Assembly: GCA_950097015.1 (NCBI GenBank)
Contig: CATNEN010000003.1
Span: 6,820,001 to 6,884,000, forward strand
DNA from: Macrostomum hystrix
Taxonomy: Eukaryota; Animalia; Platyhelminthes
Direction: 5' to 3'
Length of the DNA: 64,000 nt
The translations under genes were made by a program, and so were the position numbers. The stretch's first letter is position 1, and every line of letters starts with the position of its first letter. Below, one piece after another: positions 61,900 through 64,000 of this stretch. The notes under the pieces were generated by a model that saw only the letters and a list, made by a program, of their open reading frames with translations, was not told where the DNA came from and made no database searches.

Positions 61900-64000
61900 A
61901 GACACTAGATCCATTAAAGACTAGATCCATACGAGACTTGATCCATGTGAGGCTAGATGCCTGACAGACTAGATTACTGAGACTAGATGCCTGAGAGACT
62001 AGATGCCTGAGAGACTAGATCCCTAAGAAGAGCAGACTAATAAAAGACTAGATCTATGTGAGACTAGATCCATGTGAGACTAGATCCACGTGAGACTAGA
62101 TCCATGTGAGACTAGATCCATGTGAGACTAGATCCACGTGAGACTAGATCCATGTGAGACAAGATCCATGTGAGACTAGATCCACATGAGACTAGATCCA
62201 TGTGAGACTAGATCCACGTGAGACTAGATCCATGTGAGACTAGATCCATGTGAGACTAGATCCATGTGAGACTAGATCCATGTGAGACTAGATCCATGTG
62301 AGACTAGATCCATTAAAGAATAGATCCCTGAGAGACTAGATCTATGGGAGACTAGATCCTTGTAAGACTAGATCCATGTGAGACTAGATCCATGTGAGAC
62401 TAGATCCACGTGAGACTAGATCCATGTGAGACTAGATACATGTGAGACTAGATCCACATGAGACTAGATCCACGTGAGACTAGATCCACGTGAGACTAGA
62501 TCCATGTGAGACTAGATCCATGTGAGACTAGATCCATGTGAGACTAGATCCATGTGAGACTAGATCCATGTGAGACTAGATCCATGTGAGACTAGATCCC
62601 TGAGAGACTAGATCCATATGAGACTAGATCCACGTGAGACTAGATCCATGTGAGACTAGATCCACGTGAGACTAGATCCATGTGAGACTAGATCCATGTG
62701 AGACTAGATCCACGTGAGACTAGATCCCTGAGAGACTAGATCCATGTGAGACTAGATCCACGTGAGACTAGATCCATGTGAGACTAGATCCACATGAGAC
62801 TAGATCCCTGAGAGACTAGATCCACATGAGACTAGATCCATGTGAGACTAGATCCCTGAGAGACTAGATCCACATGAGACTAGATCCACATGAGACTAGA
62901 TCCACATGAGACTAGATCCACATGAGACTAGATCCATGTGAGACTAGATCCACATGAGACTAGATCCACGTGAGACTAGATCCACATGAGACTAGATCCA
63001 CACGAGACTAGATCCACATGAGACTAGATCCACATGAGTCTAGATCCACATGAGACTAGATCCACGTGAGACTAGATCCACGTGAGACTAGATCCACATG
63101 AGTCTAGATCCACATGAGACTAGATCCACATGAGTCTAGATCCATGTGAGACTAGATCCACATGAGACTAGATCCACATGAGACTAGATCCACATGAGAC
63201 TAGATCCACACGAGACTAGATCCACATGAGACTAGATCCACATGAGTCTAGATCCACATGAGACTAGATCCATGTGAGACTAGATCCCTGAGAGACTAGA
63301 TCCACATGAGACTAGATCCACATGAGTCTAGATCCACATGAGACTAGATCCACGTGAGACTAGATCCACATGAGACTAGATCCACACGAGACTAGATCCA
63401 CATGAGACTAGATCCACATGAGTCTAGATCCACATGAGACTAGATCCACGTGAGACTAGATCCACATGAGACTAGATCCACATGAGTCTAGATCCACATG
63501 AGACTAGATCCACATGAGTCTAGATCCATGTGAGACTAGATCCACGTGAGACTAGATGCCTGACAGACTAGATTACTGAGACTAGATGCCTGAGAGACTA
63601 GATGCCTGAGAGACTAGATCCCTAAGAAGAGCAGATTAATAAGAGACTAGATCTATGTGAGACTAGATCCATGTGAGACTAGATCCACGTGAGACTAGAT
63701 CCATGTGAGACTAGATCCATGTGAGACTAGATCCACGTGAGACTAGATCCATGTGAGACAAGATCCATGTGAGACTAGATCCACATGAGACTAGATCCAT
63801 GTGAGACTAGATCCACGTGAGACTAGATCCATGTGAGACTAGATCCATGTGAGACTAGATCCATGTGAGACTAGATCCATGTGAGACTAGATCCATGTGA
63901 GACTAGATCCATTAAAGAATAGATCCCTGAGAGACTAGATCTATGGGAGACTAGATCCTTGTAAGACTAGATCCATGTGAGACTAGATCCATGTGAGACT
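61900..64000. repeat. 16-bp satellite (TGTGAGACTAGATCCA) with ~1.6-kb higher-order period
   Basis: Same GAGACTAGAT core as the 58520 array; runs off the window end. Confidence 0.96.

Overview
Eukaryotic (animal) genomic DNA. It has GT-AG introns, GC-rich poly-Q/poly-A exons and a different minisatellite in most large introns, a style reminiscent of a Macrostomum-type flatworm (inference only). Left to right: (1) an 8-exon EMAP/EML microtubule-associated protein gene (+, ~666 aa, with a 26-nt micro-exon and tRNA-derived SINE copies in introns); (2) a PAR-family bZIP gene with an intronless CDS (-) and a cluster of PAR/CEBP/CRE-type sites upstream of its TATA box; (3) a 13-exon virilizer/VIRMA gene (-, ~2042 aa); (4) a young, intact 9.0-kb Ty3/Gypsy LTR retrotransposon (-; 806-bp LTRs, ATAC TSD, gag/-1 frameshift/pol and an unexplained third ORF with its own CCAAT/TATA promoter); (5) a decayed Tc1/mariner element; (6) tandem MRPS25 and MED28 genes (+); (7) a multi-exon signal-peptide/TM receptor-like gene (-); (8) large satellite arrays. 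Most unusual: the LTR U5 end is a three-unit array of [LTR terminus + different tRNA-Leu-like primer-binding site]; the MRPS25 and MED28 introns carry the same 16-bp minisatellite in inverted orientation; and the element carries a non-env ORF3. All calls are by eye; no searches were run.
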